DNA from: Microthyrium microscopicum
Lineage: Eukaryota
Reading direction: 5' to 3'
NCBI GenBank assembly: GCA_010405405.1
Contig: MU004232.1
Coordinates: 1,817,481-1,881,480 of the forward strand
DNA: 64,000 bases
Shown: in pieces, positions 1-12,299 of the stretch
Layout of the letters: the number at the start of each line of letters is the position of its first letter
Numbering within the stretch: the stretch's first letter is position 1
The notes under the pieces: model-generated
Told to the model about the DNA's origin: nothing
The model's database searches: none
The model's input: only the letters and a program-made list of their open reading frames with translations
Program-made: the position numbers and the translations under genes

Positions 1-1617
1 GCTATTTAGCTATTACTTAAGTATTTCTTAGATTAGAGAGTATATAAGCTTTATTTAGTATTATTACTTATTTTAGTAATCTTTCTTTATAATATTATAG
101 GTAGTTTAGTAGTATATAGTAAATTATTTATTACTAATAACTATATAAGTATTATAGTAAAGAGACTATTAGTACTTATATACTATATAGCTAGTTATTA
201 AGTCTAATAACTTTTAATTATATAAGGAAAAGTACTATTATTTATACTTTATAATATTCTCTATACTATAGTAGTATACTATTATATTTTTATAAACTAT
301 ATCTAAATATTTATTTAGAACTTATAGTAATATACTTTAATTAAGAATATTTTTAGTTCTAGTTTAGTTTTTATCTCTTTCTTTTTTTATAGTATATTAT
401 TTATTAATTATATTACTTATTTATAGTTAATATTCTACTTTTACTTTATTTCTAATTTCTTTTTTTATTATTTTAGTATATTAATTCTTTAAGCTATAAC
501 TTTAGTTATATATATCTATATTAGTTTAAGTATTACTAAGCTTCTTAGTTATTACTACTAGGGAAGTATCCTTTAGTTCCTTAAGAAGTTTACCTAGTAT
601 ATTTTAGTAATAATTTTACTTATTTTTTATATTACTATTAAGTCTTTATTCTTATTAGTATATTTCTTTATTAAAACTATAGTATTTATTTAAAATAGTT
701 TAACTTCTATTTTTTTATTTAATAAGATAATAAAAGTTCTTTAGTACTCTTCTATTATTTTATAAAGTATATTATTCTAAACTATTATTAGTAATTTATA
801 ATAATTCTTTAGTATCTTAAGAAATAGTAATCTTAGACTTTATACTTATATTTTATATATAAGAGTTAGCCTAATAACTACTATATAAAAGAGCTTTATC
901 TTTCTAAAAACTAGTCTTTATTTTAACTATACTATTTTTAAAAGTACTACTACTTACTTAAATCTTTTAATTCTAGTCTTTTTAATATAGTCTTTCTAGT
1001 TTATTCTTTTATTTATTTATATATTTAGTACTTTAATACTTTCTAGTATAAACTTAATAAATATACTATTTACTATTACTATAAATTATAAGTCTACTTC
1101 TAAGTAGTAAATATTCTAAGTAAAGTATATTACTTAATATTTATTAAGAATAAACTTTGCTTTATATTTATTTACTTAATTAGTATACTTCTAATAAGCC
1201 TTTTCTAATCTTATATAGTTCTTTTAGGTAGTATTACCTTATATAACTAATATAATATTATTTATAAAGCTAAATTTAAAGACGTTATTACTTATATTCT
1301 AAAAATATTTTAGTAGTTCTAATATAAAGAAGAAGAAGAAGATAAGTAAGAAAAAAGATCCTTAAAGGATCTTTATATTAGTTATTATTACTAAGCTTTA
1401 GTACCTAGTAAATATAATTTAGGTTATATAATTAGTAATAAAGCTTATTACTATATTAATTAGCTACTAAGAGACTCTCTTTATTTCTAAAATATAGAGG
1501 AGCTTTTTTAGATTAATATTATTATATACTTTTTAAAAATTAAAGCTAAGTACTAATACTATAGCTCTTATATTTCTTTTTTATACTACCTTAATAGTAC
1601 TTCTTAGGAGTTATACT

Positions 1618-1779
1618 TGTTATAGGTTAGATAACAAAGAGATAAGTTATATTGTAAGCCTACTAAATAGGAAGGTAACTTAGAGAGAAAGAAAAGTTAA
1701 GAGACTCTTCGATCAAGGTATTTATATATAATAGGGGTAGCCTAAACGAGTATAGCTTTAGGGGGTTCAACCCCTAACA
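1618..1779 (-). repeat. 3' LTR of the Gypsy element
   Basis: TGTTATAGG...CCCCTAACA, 162 bp; differs from 9039-9200 by about 12 substitutions by my count, all transitions. Confidence 0.95.
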
Positions 1780-2290
1780 TTACCTCTCCTATCTAAAAAA
1801 TTCTAGCTAAAATACTAAGTTAATTATAAGATCCTAATCTAATCTAGCTATATCTAACGCTTACTATTCTTATAGTTCGCAACGAAACTTCTATTTATAA
1901 TGTATAGATCTATATATTTACTTTTAGGTATAAAATATAAAGCTTAGGTTATTAACTATTAGTTCTATACTAGTATTTTGCCTATTTTAGACTAAATTCT
2001 AAATATAAGGCTCCTTTCTTAGCGTATAATATTAGTTCTTTTTAGTCATGATCCTATAAAGGTTACTTAATTAACAAGTCATCTTATTTATACTTAGTTA
2101 GAGCTCTATCACGATATTAAAGAATAAGATTAAAAGAACGTAACTACGGTTAAGTTACTATACTTCTACCTATACATTTAAAGGATATAAAGCAATATCA
2201 TTCTATAAAGTTAATTATTCTTCTTTTATTATACTTTAAATAAGCTTCTTCTCTTCTAATTAGTCCTTATTAAGTTTCTTCTTCCTTACC

Positions 2291-2337
2291 TAATTAATTA
2301 ATTAATTAATTAATTAATTAATTAATTAATTAATTAA
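2291..2337. repeat. (TTAA)n microsatellite inside the Gypsy 3' region
   Basis: About 11-12 perfect TAAT/TTAA units; may be a RIP-converted (TCAA/TTGA)n tract. Confidence 0.85.
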
Positions 2338-5300
2338 GTAAGTTATTTATTATAATAGCTATAGCCTTACTAACTATATAGAGATAGCTACCCTAATTAT
2401 TAACGCTTTTAACAATATTATTAGCTTTAATAGTTATATCCTTATTATTATTACTTCTTTTTATATATATATTACTAACTATAATGCTCCTTAATCTTAT
2501 TTGCCTACTATGCACAAGGTAGCTATATATAAAGCCTATTAGAATAACGTAAATAAAGGCCTTTACCTTTTTAACTAAGTTCTACTTTATTACTAGAATA
2601 ATATTATTTATAACCCTTATTCCTATTTACTAACTACTCTCTAATATAAGAAGGTATATATAGTTATTAACTACTATAATCTACAAAACTATACTTTATT
2701 TAAGGTACTTTATATTAACTAAACTATACGTATTTCTCTAGCCTTTCTTAATTTATACTAACGTATTTATAGAGTAAAGCCCTTTATACTATAGCTAACT
2801 ATCCTTCTAACTTCTCTAATAAGTATCTTAACTTATTAAATATCTCCTCTAAGGGATTTACTAATAATTTATAGCCTAACGTTTATAGTATTATAATTTA
2901 TTAAAGCTCTCTTAGTACGATTTAGTTAACTAGTAGCTAAGCTAGTTATCTTAAAGCCTTAAGTATTTATTATATAGGTATCTTATAATTCTCTACTAAA
3001 AATAAGCAAAATAAGACTTATAAGAAGTAGCATTATACTTATTATATTAACTATTCTAATTTAAAGAATTAGCTATAATATATAGATTACGTTTAGCTTC
3101 TAGGATTTCGTAATAATATATATTTAAACTACGTCTATAATAATAATATTAGCTTAGGTAAGAAGTATTCTTATAATAATAAGAAGAAGGTTACTAAGAA
3201 GGATAAGAATCCTCTACTATTAACTATCTACTTTAGTCCTCCTATGCCTTAAGGTACTACTTAAGTTTATCTTCCTTAGTAATAGAGGTTTATTAGGTAT
3301 ATCTTATTTCTTTAGTTTTCTTATATTTTTATAATTTTCTAGTTTTATTTAGTAGGAAAGAGGGTCTTAGTATAGATAAAAAAAAAATATTTCTATATAT
3401 AAGTTATAAATAGCACCTCTAATTATATCTCTATAAAGTTAATTATTATAATAAAAGGGCTAGTTTTTAATCTTAGTTATACTTAAAAAATAGACTAGTT
3501 TAGTACTAATCTTCTATAATTATCTTATACATACTTTATCTTCTCTATCTACTTTACGTAGGCTTTTAACTATTTAATAAAGTTAATTAATTTTTCTATT
3601 ATATCTAAATAATCTACCTATTTAATAATATAGACTATATAAAGTTTGCCCTTTATTATCTTCTTATATTTTTTAGCTATAATCTCCTCTACTAGCTACT
3701 CCTCTTATTCTTCTCTATCTAAGTCCTTAACTAAGATTAGTAGTAGATAAAAATTATTTATATCTTAACTTAGGAATAGGTTATTTATTACTAGTCTAAG
3801 TAAGTTAACGTAGAATTTCTTAGTTCTTTATAGTATATTTAGTATAATTATATATAAGCTTACTACCTTTATAACTTAGAACTTAGAGTAATAGTAATTA
3901 AACTTCTTCTTTACTTATTTAGTCTTAATATTCTTTAAGTCTAGCTAGACCTAATTACTAACTTTATACTTAGGCGTTTAGATCCTTATTTAATTAACTT
4001 ATTTCTATATCCTTTCTTAGGTAAGGGTTATAGTATCTTAAGCTTATTCTATAGCTTTTAAAATTATATAAGTAGCTTCCTCCTTCCTCTCTTTTAAAAT
4101 ATCCTTTTATTTAGATAAGGAAACTTACTTAAAGAAGTCTAGAAAGATAAAGTTTTTAAAGCTATAAGATAGAAAGAAGAGTAAAAGTTCTATTATAAAT
4201 AAGCGCTATAAGTTAAGTATAAGTTAAAGTATTAGTATTAGTAAGAACTAGTTTAATTATATATAATTTATATATATTTATACTTTAGCTTTAATATCTA
4301 AGTTCTACTATTCTATAGAGCTATCTATCTAGGGGTAAAATATAATTAATAGCTATAGCTCTATTTATAGTAGCATATAGAACTTTATCTAGAAGTCTCC
4401 TATAAATACTAAGTTATAATTATAGATAATTACGTTAGGAATACTATAAAGGAAATAGACGCGTTATAAGAAAATAGCTATAATATCTTTAGCTTCTCTT
4501 TAAGCAAGAAAGATTAGGATTACTCCTTTACTTAGCTAATTAGTAATAACTATTAAGATTATATATCTATTTAATAGAGGAAGGTTTATTATAAAATCTA
4601 TAGATAGTTCTTACTATTATTAGCTTAAGATAAGTAAAGGCTTTAGGAAGCCTCTTTTCTACTTATAACTAATCTTTAATTAGCTATATATACTATAATT
4701 TCTTATAAAACGCCTTATATTAGCTACAATTCTAAGCTAGAAGAAGTATAGCTATAAAGCTTAGTAAGTACCTTTATAGCTAAGATAGCTTTAAGTTAAG
4801 GACGTATAAGCTACTTATAGTATTACTATCTATAAAGGTTCTAAATTTAAAATCTATAGTTATCCTCTTTAGCAAAGGTAATCCTTACTATTAATTAAGT
4901 AATTAAGAATAGAGATCTTAATACTTATAATTAATAAGGGAAACTTTTATTTACTAGCTTTAATCGTCTAATAAGCTACTTAATAGATATTATTAGCTTA
5001 TACTACTTTATTCTACTAGGTTACTAATAGTTTAGAGATATTTAGTATTAGTAGTAGTAAGCTAAGGATTAAAGCTTTATTAGCTAATAGAGTCTCTACT
5101 AATTTATTTTTAACTACTATAAGAAGAGCAATAATATAGACAAGTAAGGCTTATAATAGTTTAAGTAATTAATCTCCTTAGGTATAAAGTAGTTAAAAAG
5201 TTCTAGCCTAAATCCTTTTATTAGCTACGTCCTAAGGTATATCTTATTTATAATAAGAGAGACTATCTACTATGCTATTCTATAAGCCTAGTTAGTACTT

Positions 5301-8300
5301 AATTATTATATTATACTTTGTAAGTTTAATAGACTATTAAATATGCCTTTCTATAAGCTTCTATAGTTTTATAAAATACTCTAGGTTCTTATAATTAAAT
5401 ATTACTTTAAACTTCTTTACTATTTATAGCTCTAAGTCCTATTCTTCTAGAGTAAGTATAATTATAAGTATCTCTTTATTATAAATTAGGTAGTTACTTT
5501 AAGCAAAGTTATACTTTTTAAAGAAATAGGCTACTAGTTAAAACTTACCTATCTTATCCTTTTATGCTAGTATAGCTCCTAAAGAGTAACTAAAGGAGTT
5601 AATATAGATAAGAGTCTCTCTATTATAGTTAAATAAGGCTAGTATTTAGTTAATAGTAAAGAGCTATTTTAGCTCCTTAAATATAGCTCTCTTTAGGTCT
5701 TTAAATAAGAAGAGAACGTCCTTCTAGGTAAGTTAAACAAGAGGTTTTATAATTATTTAAAAGTTTAGTATAAACCTACGATAGAAGTTAATAAAGCTAA
5801 AGAAAGCTTAAACTTTATAAACGTTCTTAAGAGCCTCCTATTCTTAGATTGCTTTAACTTTAGCTAAGTCTATTAAGATTCCTTATCTAACCTTAATAAT
5901 ATAGCCTAGGTATATTGTCTAAGTAGTTATAAATTTATATTTCTAAATATTAAGGTAGAGTCTTACTTTTTATAGCTACTTAAGAACTTTATAGACGTAA
6001 GCCTTATATTACTTCCTAGTACCTAAGCTAAAAATTAAGACGTTGTCTAAGTATATAAAAACGTAGTTATCTAAAATATTCTAAAGGGTAGAGTTAATAA
6101 ACCTCTAAAAGGTACTTAAAGTATTTAATAACCTAAATAATATTACTATCTATTTAAATAAGCTATATTGTATCTAAAAGGCTATCTTCTACTTATTACC
6201 TTTATATATCTAAATCTTATAAAATGCTTAAGATACGTCTAGCTTAGTAAACTATTATGCCTTTCTTAAGGCGTTTAGTATCTTATAGACGAGTAGTAAG
6301 AGGTAATAGTCCTTTATAGTTAACTTATTTAATGCGTAGTAGTTATAATAAAACTAAATTAATCTATCTACTTTATAAATAAAGAGAACTAATGCTCTAA
6401 TAAGTAAGTTACTTACTTAAATAAACCTACTTTCTAGTAGATTATTAAGGATTCTTCTAAGGGCTAGTAATTCGTCCTAATTTATAAGGTATAATACCTA
6501 CTAAGGTAACTAAGGTTTCTTTCTATTAAAGTCTAGGATTAGGTTAATTTTATAGTCTATAAAAGGGCCTTAAATAGGTAGCTATTTATTAGCTAGCTCT
6601 CTTTAAAAGAGGTTAAGGTAATCTAAATACTATTTAGGAAGCTTTCTATAAGGGTTAATATACTTCTTTAGAGTAAGGGCTTTTTATAAGTCGTAAAAAC
6701 TTATAGTAAAGACTTATATAATTAGTATTAAGCCTTCTTAAGACTATTTTACCTACTTTCTAGCTTATTAAGTAAGCATTCTAAATACTATAGCCCTAAT
6801 TACTATATAATTATACTTCTTCTAAAGAGTCTTTAGACTTATAACTATATAACTTATTTTGTTAAAGACTAGCTTCTTAGGTTTTATATAAAGAATAATA
6901 TCCTATTTCTTTATCTAAGGTAGGCTAAGGATTATATCATAGCCTAAGGTCTCTTTTACTATAAAGGCTTAAATAGTTTCTTTATAGCCTTTAATATTAA
7001 TCTTTATAATTACTATTTTGTAGATTTCTCTAGCCTTACTATTTATCTTTTTAATAAAAATTGCCTAAGGTAGTAGTATATATTTAAGTTTACGTCTTTA
7101 AGTAAAGCAAAGACTTATAAGGGAATAGGTTAAGTAGCTACTATTAATAAAGCCTATATATAAAGAAAGTTAATTTACTATTAAAGGTATTAAAAAGGGC
7201 TTTATAACTATATTCTAAGTAAAGAACTTCTAATGCTATTTTAAAATAATATTTTTATAATTTTCTAGCTTAGTATTACGTCTTTAATCTAAGCTTACTA
7301 GTTTTCTAATTCTATATTAATAACGTTATATAGATTATTATAAGAATTATTATTTCTTAGCTAAGTAGTAGTAGCTCTTACTAGCTAGCTATTCTAGGGG
7401 ACGTCTAGAGTGTTAGTAATACTAGCTTAGAATCTACTAGTATTATCTTATAGGTATCTACCTCTAGTAGTGCTTCCTCTACCTTATCTTTATCTATAGC
7501 TAGCCTAGCTATAAAAAGAATTCTAACTTCTAAATAATGCTTAGGGCGCCTATTTATAATCCTAAATCCTATAATTAGCTAAGTTATAGCAAAAATAAAG
7601 GTTATTTTACTTATAATAGTCGTACTAAGCTTAGCTAGCTTTAACTTAGATGCCTTTTATTGTATCTAGATCTTAATTCCTAGATAGTTAACTCTATTAA
7701 GTACTTATTTTAGCGCTTAGGCCTCTTAGGCTATAATAGCTTATATAGGCTTAAACTATTTAATCCTAGGTCTTTAAAGCTTCTTAGGTAAAGGTATTTA
7801 AATTATTAGGCTAAGGGTAAGCAATTAGAGCTATCCTAAGACTAGAATCTATAGCGTTTTCTAAGAACTATATCTAGATAAGGATAGCCTAAAATTATAC
7901 TCTAGTATAAATAAGATACTACTAAAACTTAGCCTAAAAGATTCTCTATTCTCTACCTTCTTATTAGATTCCTTAGAGGTTTACTAAAGCTCTTATTTCT
8001 TTATACGAGTTATGAAAGAGAAGGTCTATCTATTCTATAAACTTACTAAAACTTATAATGCTATAGCTAGTAGGATTCTAAATCTAGGGAAAAACTTATT
8101 AGGTAGCATTTCTTATAAGCTAGCTAAATATATAGTAGATTTAGGCGTAGTTATCTATATAAATTTATTTATTAATATGTAATTTTGCTTTAATTATTTA
8201 GCAAAAACTAGGATAAAGGATTAAGTCCTTGTATAAATATTATTTTAAGTTTAGGAGAGCTAGTTAAAGGTTTCGTAGTAGTAGTTAAAGTAGCTTATAT

Positions 8301-9038
8301 TAGGTAGCTAAAGGATTTATTAAAGGAGGTAGAGGAAGAGCTACTAATCTAGCTATTATGATTAAAGTCTAAGGAGGATTAGCTTATAAAATTAGAGAAG
8401 GGTAGTAGCTATAGTTAGAGGTTTCTTTAGTAAAGGATATAGCTAATATTAAAGAAAGAGTTATATTAGGCGTTATAGATTCTCTCTAGAGTCGTTCTTA
8501 TTCTTACTACTACTACTAGGTTAGCGTCTTATAAGTAGTGTTATTTACTTGTTATATAAGGATCTTACTACTAGTATAAATATTAGTAAGCTATTTATTC
8601 TGGCTATTAACTTAGGCCTAGAGTTTAGCATAGACTACTATAATCTATTATGTATTCTTATTTAATTATATATAAATTTTGCTAGTTAACCTATTTAGTT
8701 ATTATAAGGCTTGTCTATAACTAGTAGTAGTTGTACGTAATTATGAAATAGATAAATTAAGCGTATCGTTAAGTAGTAAAATATTGTCTATTACTTGTTA
8801 TAAGCTATTATTAGTTGCCTCCTAGGATGCGTCTAAGTAGTTCTATAGCTCTATCTATTATTAGTTAATATACGTAAAGTATGCTTCTACGTTCTTATAA
8901 GTAAAGCCCTTAGAGAACGTTTCTCTATCTTGTCTAGCGATCGTTAGGCAAGAGGGATCTTAGTCTACCATTCTAGCTATTTATTAATAGACGAAGAGGG
9001 AGTAGGTAAAAAGAGGGGTTGGTTTTAAAGTTACCTAA

Positions 9039-9200
9039 TATTATAGGTTAGATAACGAAGAGACAAGTTATATTGTAAGCCTACTAAATAGGAAGGTAAC
9101 TTAGAGAGAAAGAAGAGTTAAGAGACTCTTTGATTAAGGTGTTTATATACAACAGGGGTAGCCCAAACGGGCATAGCTTTAGGGGGTTCAACCCCTAACA
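9039..9200 (-). repeat. 5' LTR of the Gypsy element
   Basis: TATTATAGG (TG>TA by RIP)...CCCCTAACA, 162 bp; TATATAAA on the minus strand at 9142-9149. Confidence 0.95.
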
Positions 9201-12200
9201 ATACTACTATTAGTATTAATTACTCTACTCTAGCTTTTATTTAGTTCTAAAGTAGTAAGTTATTATTCTTTATAAGTTAGGTAAGTTTATTAGTAATAAT
9301 CTTTTTAACTAACTTTACTATTATATTCTTAAGAATAATTAACTAGTAGGCTACTAGTAATAAGTAGTCTTTTTTACCTAGCTTTTTTAGTACTAGTATA
9401 TAGAATTACTTTAAATATTTTAAGATTATACTACTTATTAATATTTTACTAATTATAGGTATTAGTCTTTTACTAAATTTTATTAGTTTTAGATTATTAC
9501 TCTTCTTTTCTAGTTATATCTTAAGCCTAAGAGTCTTTAGAACCTTATTTAGTATATTAATAAGTCTTATTATCTTATAATTTAAGAGGCTATTAATTAC
9601 GTAATTTATTTCTTTTATTATTATCTTATAGTTTATTTTTAATTCTAAGAATAAAATAGTATTCTTTATATTACTAAGGTTTACTATCTTTATTTAAAAA
9701 AAGAACTTTATAAATAGTATATTTACTTTATCTTAATTATTATAAGTATAGTTATTACTAGTAGTTTATTTAAATACTAGTAAGTATAGGTCTTTTTTTA
9801 GTTTATTAGCTTTAGCTCTTATTTATTTACTTATTCTTTATAAGCCTTAGTTTTTATAGTATTTATAATCCTTTATAATCTTTTTTATAAAAGTTTACTA
9901 AGATACTACTTTATTTTAGCATAGAAATTTTCTTAGTTAGGCTATAACTAACTTATATATATACTTATCTTAATTAGTTCTTATTTAGAAGTATCTTTAT
10001 TTTATATAGTATTTTTTTTATATTAATAGAGTAGTTATAGATAACTATTTATATAAAGCTTACTTTAAAGGTTTTACTTTTAGATAGTAAATTTTTAGTA
10101 TTTTTATTATTACTCTATATAGGGCCTTTATTAATATATCTTTAGTATTCTATAAGCTATTATTTATATATTTAATAAATTATTTTATATCTAGTTTTTA
10201 TATATTATATTATACTTTTAGTATATACTTCTCTTATTTTAAGGTTAGCTAGATTAATACTAAGATATAATTTTTTATTAGTACTTAAGTATTAACTAGG
10301 CTATAAAACTCTAATTTTTCTTAAAAGAACTAGAATAGGAATATAAAGTTAATTATTATTTTTATTACTTTTACTTTTCTTCTTTTATATAACTTATAAG
10401 TTAGTTTTTTTTCTAGTATATATAGCTAGAGCTTTTACCTAATTATATTATAAAGTAAAGTATTTACTTAGAGTTTAGTAGCTAATACTACGCCTTTTTA
10501 TTAATAATAATAGTAGTTAAAGTCTTTTACTAATAAGATTTCTTTTTCTATTTTATTAATTACTTTTATTAGTATTAGGTATTTAGTAATATAGTTATAA
10601 TTATTTACTACTAAGCTTTTATTATATATATTAATAATTATTAGTATTATATACTTATACTAAAAGTATAATATTAAAATAAATTAGTTATAATATTTTA
10701 TTTATTAGTTCTTTATATTAAGTACTTTACTTATTATAAAGTATATTCTTAATTAATTATTCTAATTATATACTAATATATAGTTAAGGAGGTAGTATAT
10801 TCTTTCTAGCTTTATAATTTCTTTAAGGTCTTAAATTATTATAATTAATTACTTAGTATTATTTAGTATATTAAAGAATAGCTTTACTTCTTTTTTATTT
10901 AACTTTTTATAGTTATATTATATAATATTAATACTATTTATTTAAGTCTATTATTTAGATTCTATTTATTTTATTATTAGAGATTAGCTTAAAGTTATTT
11001 ATAGCCTATCTTACTTTTTTATAATTATTTTTTTATTAGTCTTCTAAGATACTATTTTTTATAGTTTATAAGCTATTATTACTTCTATTAAAGTTAAATA
11101 TATTTATAATTAATTTTTAAGTACTCTAGACTAAGTTATTATATATTTTATTTTTTATTTTTTATAATACTAATAGTCTTTTAAGGTTCTTAGTCTCTAC
11201 TTTTCTTTTTTTTATATTATTTATTATAATATATCTATTATTATTTATAAGCTAAATTAATATAATTTAGGTAGATATTATAGCTTTTATTTATTTTATA
11301 TATTTTTTATTTATTACTTAGAATTCTTTTATACTTTTAAAGTAAGTTTAGTATACTTTATATATATTTTTCTACTATATATAGTATCCTTAGCCTTATT
11401 CTTTCTTTTTTTTTTTTTTTTTTTATTATCTTTATAGTTAGAGTATTAAACTAAGCTTATCTTAGTATAGTTTTTAGTATTATAATTACTTATATATTTA
11501 CTATAGTTTAGTTTATATTAAGTATAAGCTATTTATATATAGCTTTAAACTTAGTAATAAAAGTACTATTTAGTAGTATATTTTAAGTTATATAATTTAG
11601 TAAAGAGCTTCTTTATCTTAATAATAAACTTTTTCTAGATAACCTTATTTCTTATTACTATTATTAAGTAGTATAGTATAAGTAATTCCTTAATATATAC
11701 CTTTTTATACTTTTTTAATTCTTTTTTTACTTATTTATACTCTACGTTTTTATAAAGTTACTAAACTACTCTTATTTTTAAGTATTTAAACTTTATCTTA
11801 TTTTTATTAACTAGTTTTTTAATTAGTTTACTATTATCTATATTCTTATTATAGACTATATCTAGTTTAAGTAAAGCTCTTAGAATCTTTATTAGATAGT
11901 TTTATTATAAGATCTAAATCTTATCTAAGCTTACCTAGTATAGCTTATTTTAAATATAGTCTTTATCTAATTATATATTAACTATAATATTAACGTTTTT
12001 ACTAAGTAGTAGCTTAATAGCTATTACTTATAAAATAGTTTCTTTAATCTTTTTAAATAGCTTTACTCTATTCTATTTATCTTTCTTTAATATATTTTTA
12101 ACTATTTTTATAATATTAATTTAAACTATTAAGCTTATAAAGAAGGCCTTTTAGTTAGGAATTAGTAAATTAGGTTCTTTTATAATCTTTACTTAGGAGT

Positions 12201-12299
12201 TAGAAGTTATTTTAATCTTAGTAATCTACTTTATAATTATATTAAGTTTTTAGTTAAGATATATCTTAAAGTATATTAGTAAAAAGGCTCTATTTATAA

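Larger units (their letters stand above)
1618..9200 (-). mobile_element. Full-length RIP-inactivated Ty3/Gypsy LTR retrotransposon (chromovirus)
   Basis: Two 162-bp direct LTRs; 5-bp TSD ATACT at 1613-1617 and 9201-9205. Minus-strand relics in Gypsy order: gag CCHC knuckle (~7555-7600), RT FIYLDNVLIFS (~6027-6059, YLDD), chromodomain E*LVEEI...YIIK*VDY (~3600-3705). Purine-rich tract next to the 3' LTR (1780-1794). Confidence 0.93.

Noticed and set aside
1758..1779. TTAGGG/CCCTAA telomere-like sequence
   Set aside because: Single units forming a small hairpin at the LTR end; no tandem array.
11406..11424. Poly-T run as the poly(A) tail of a second LINE
   Set aside because: It lies between zinc-knuckle relics and the ORF2 start of the same LINE; more likely a RIP-flattened purine-rich stretch in ORF1.
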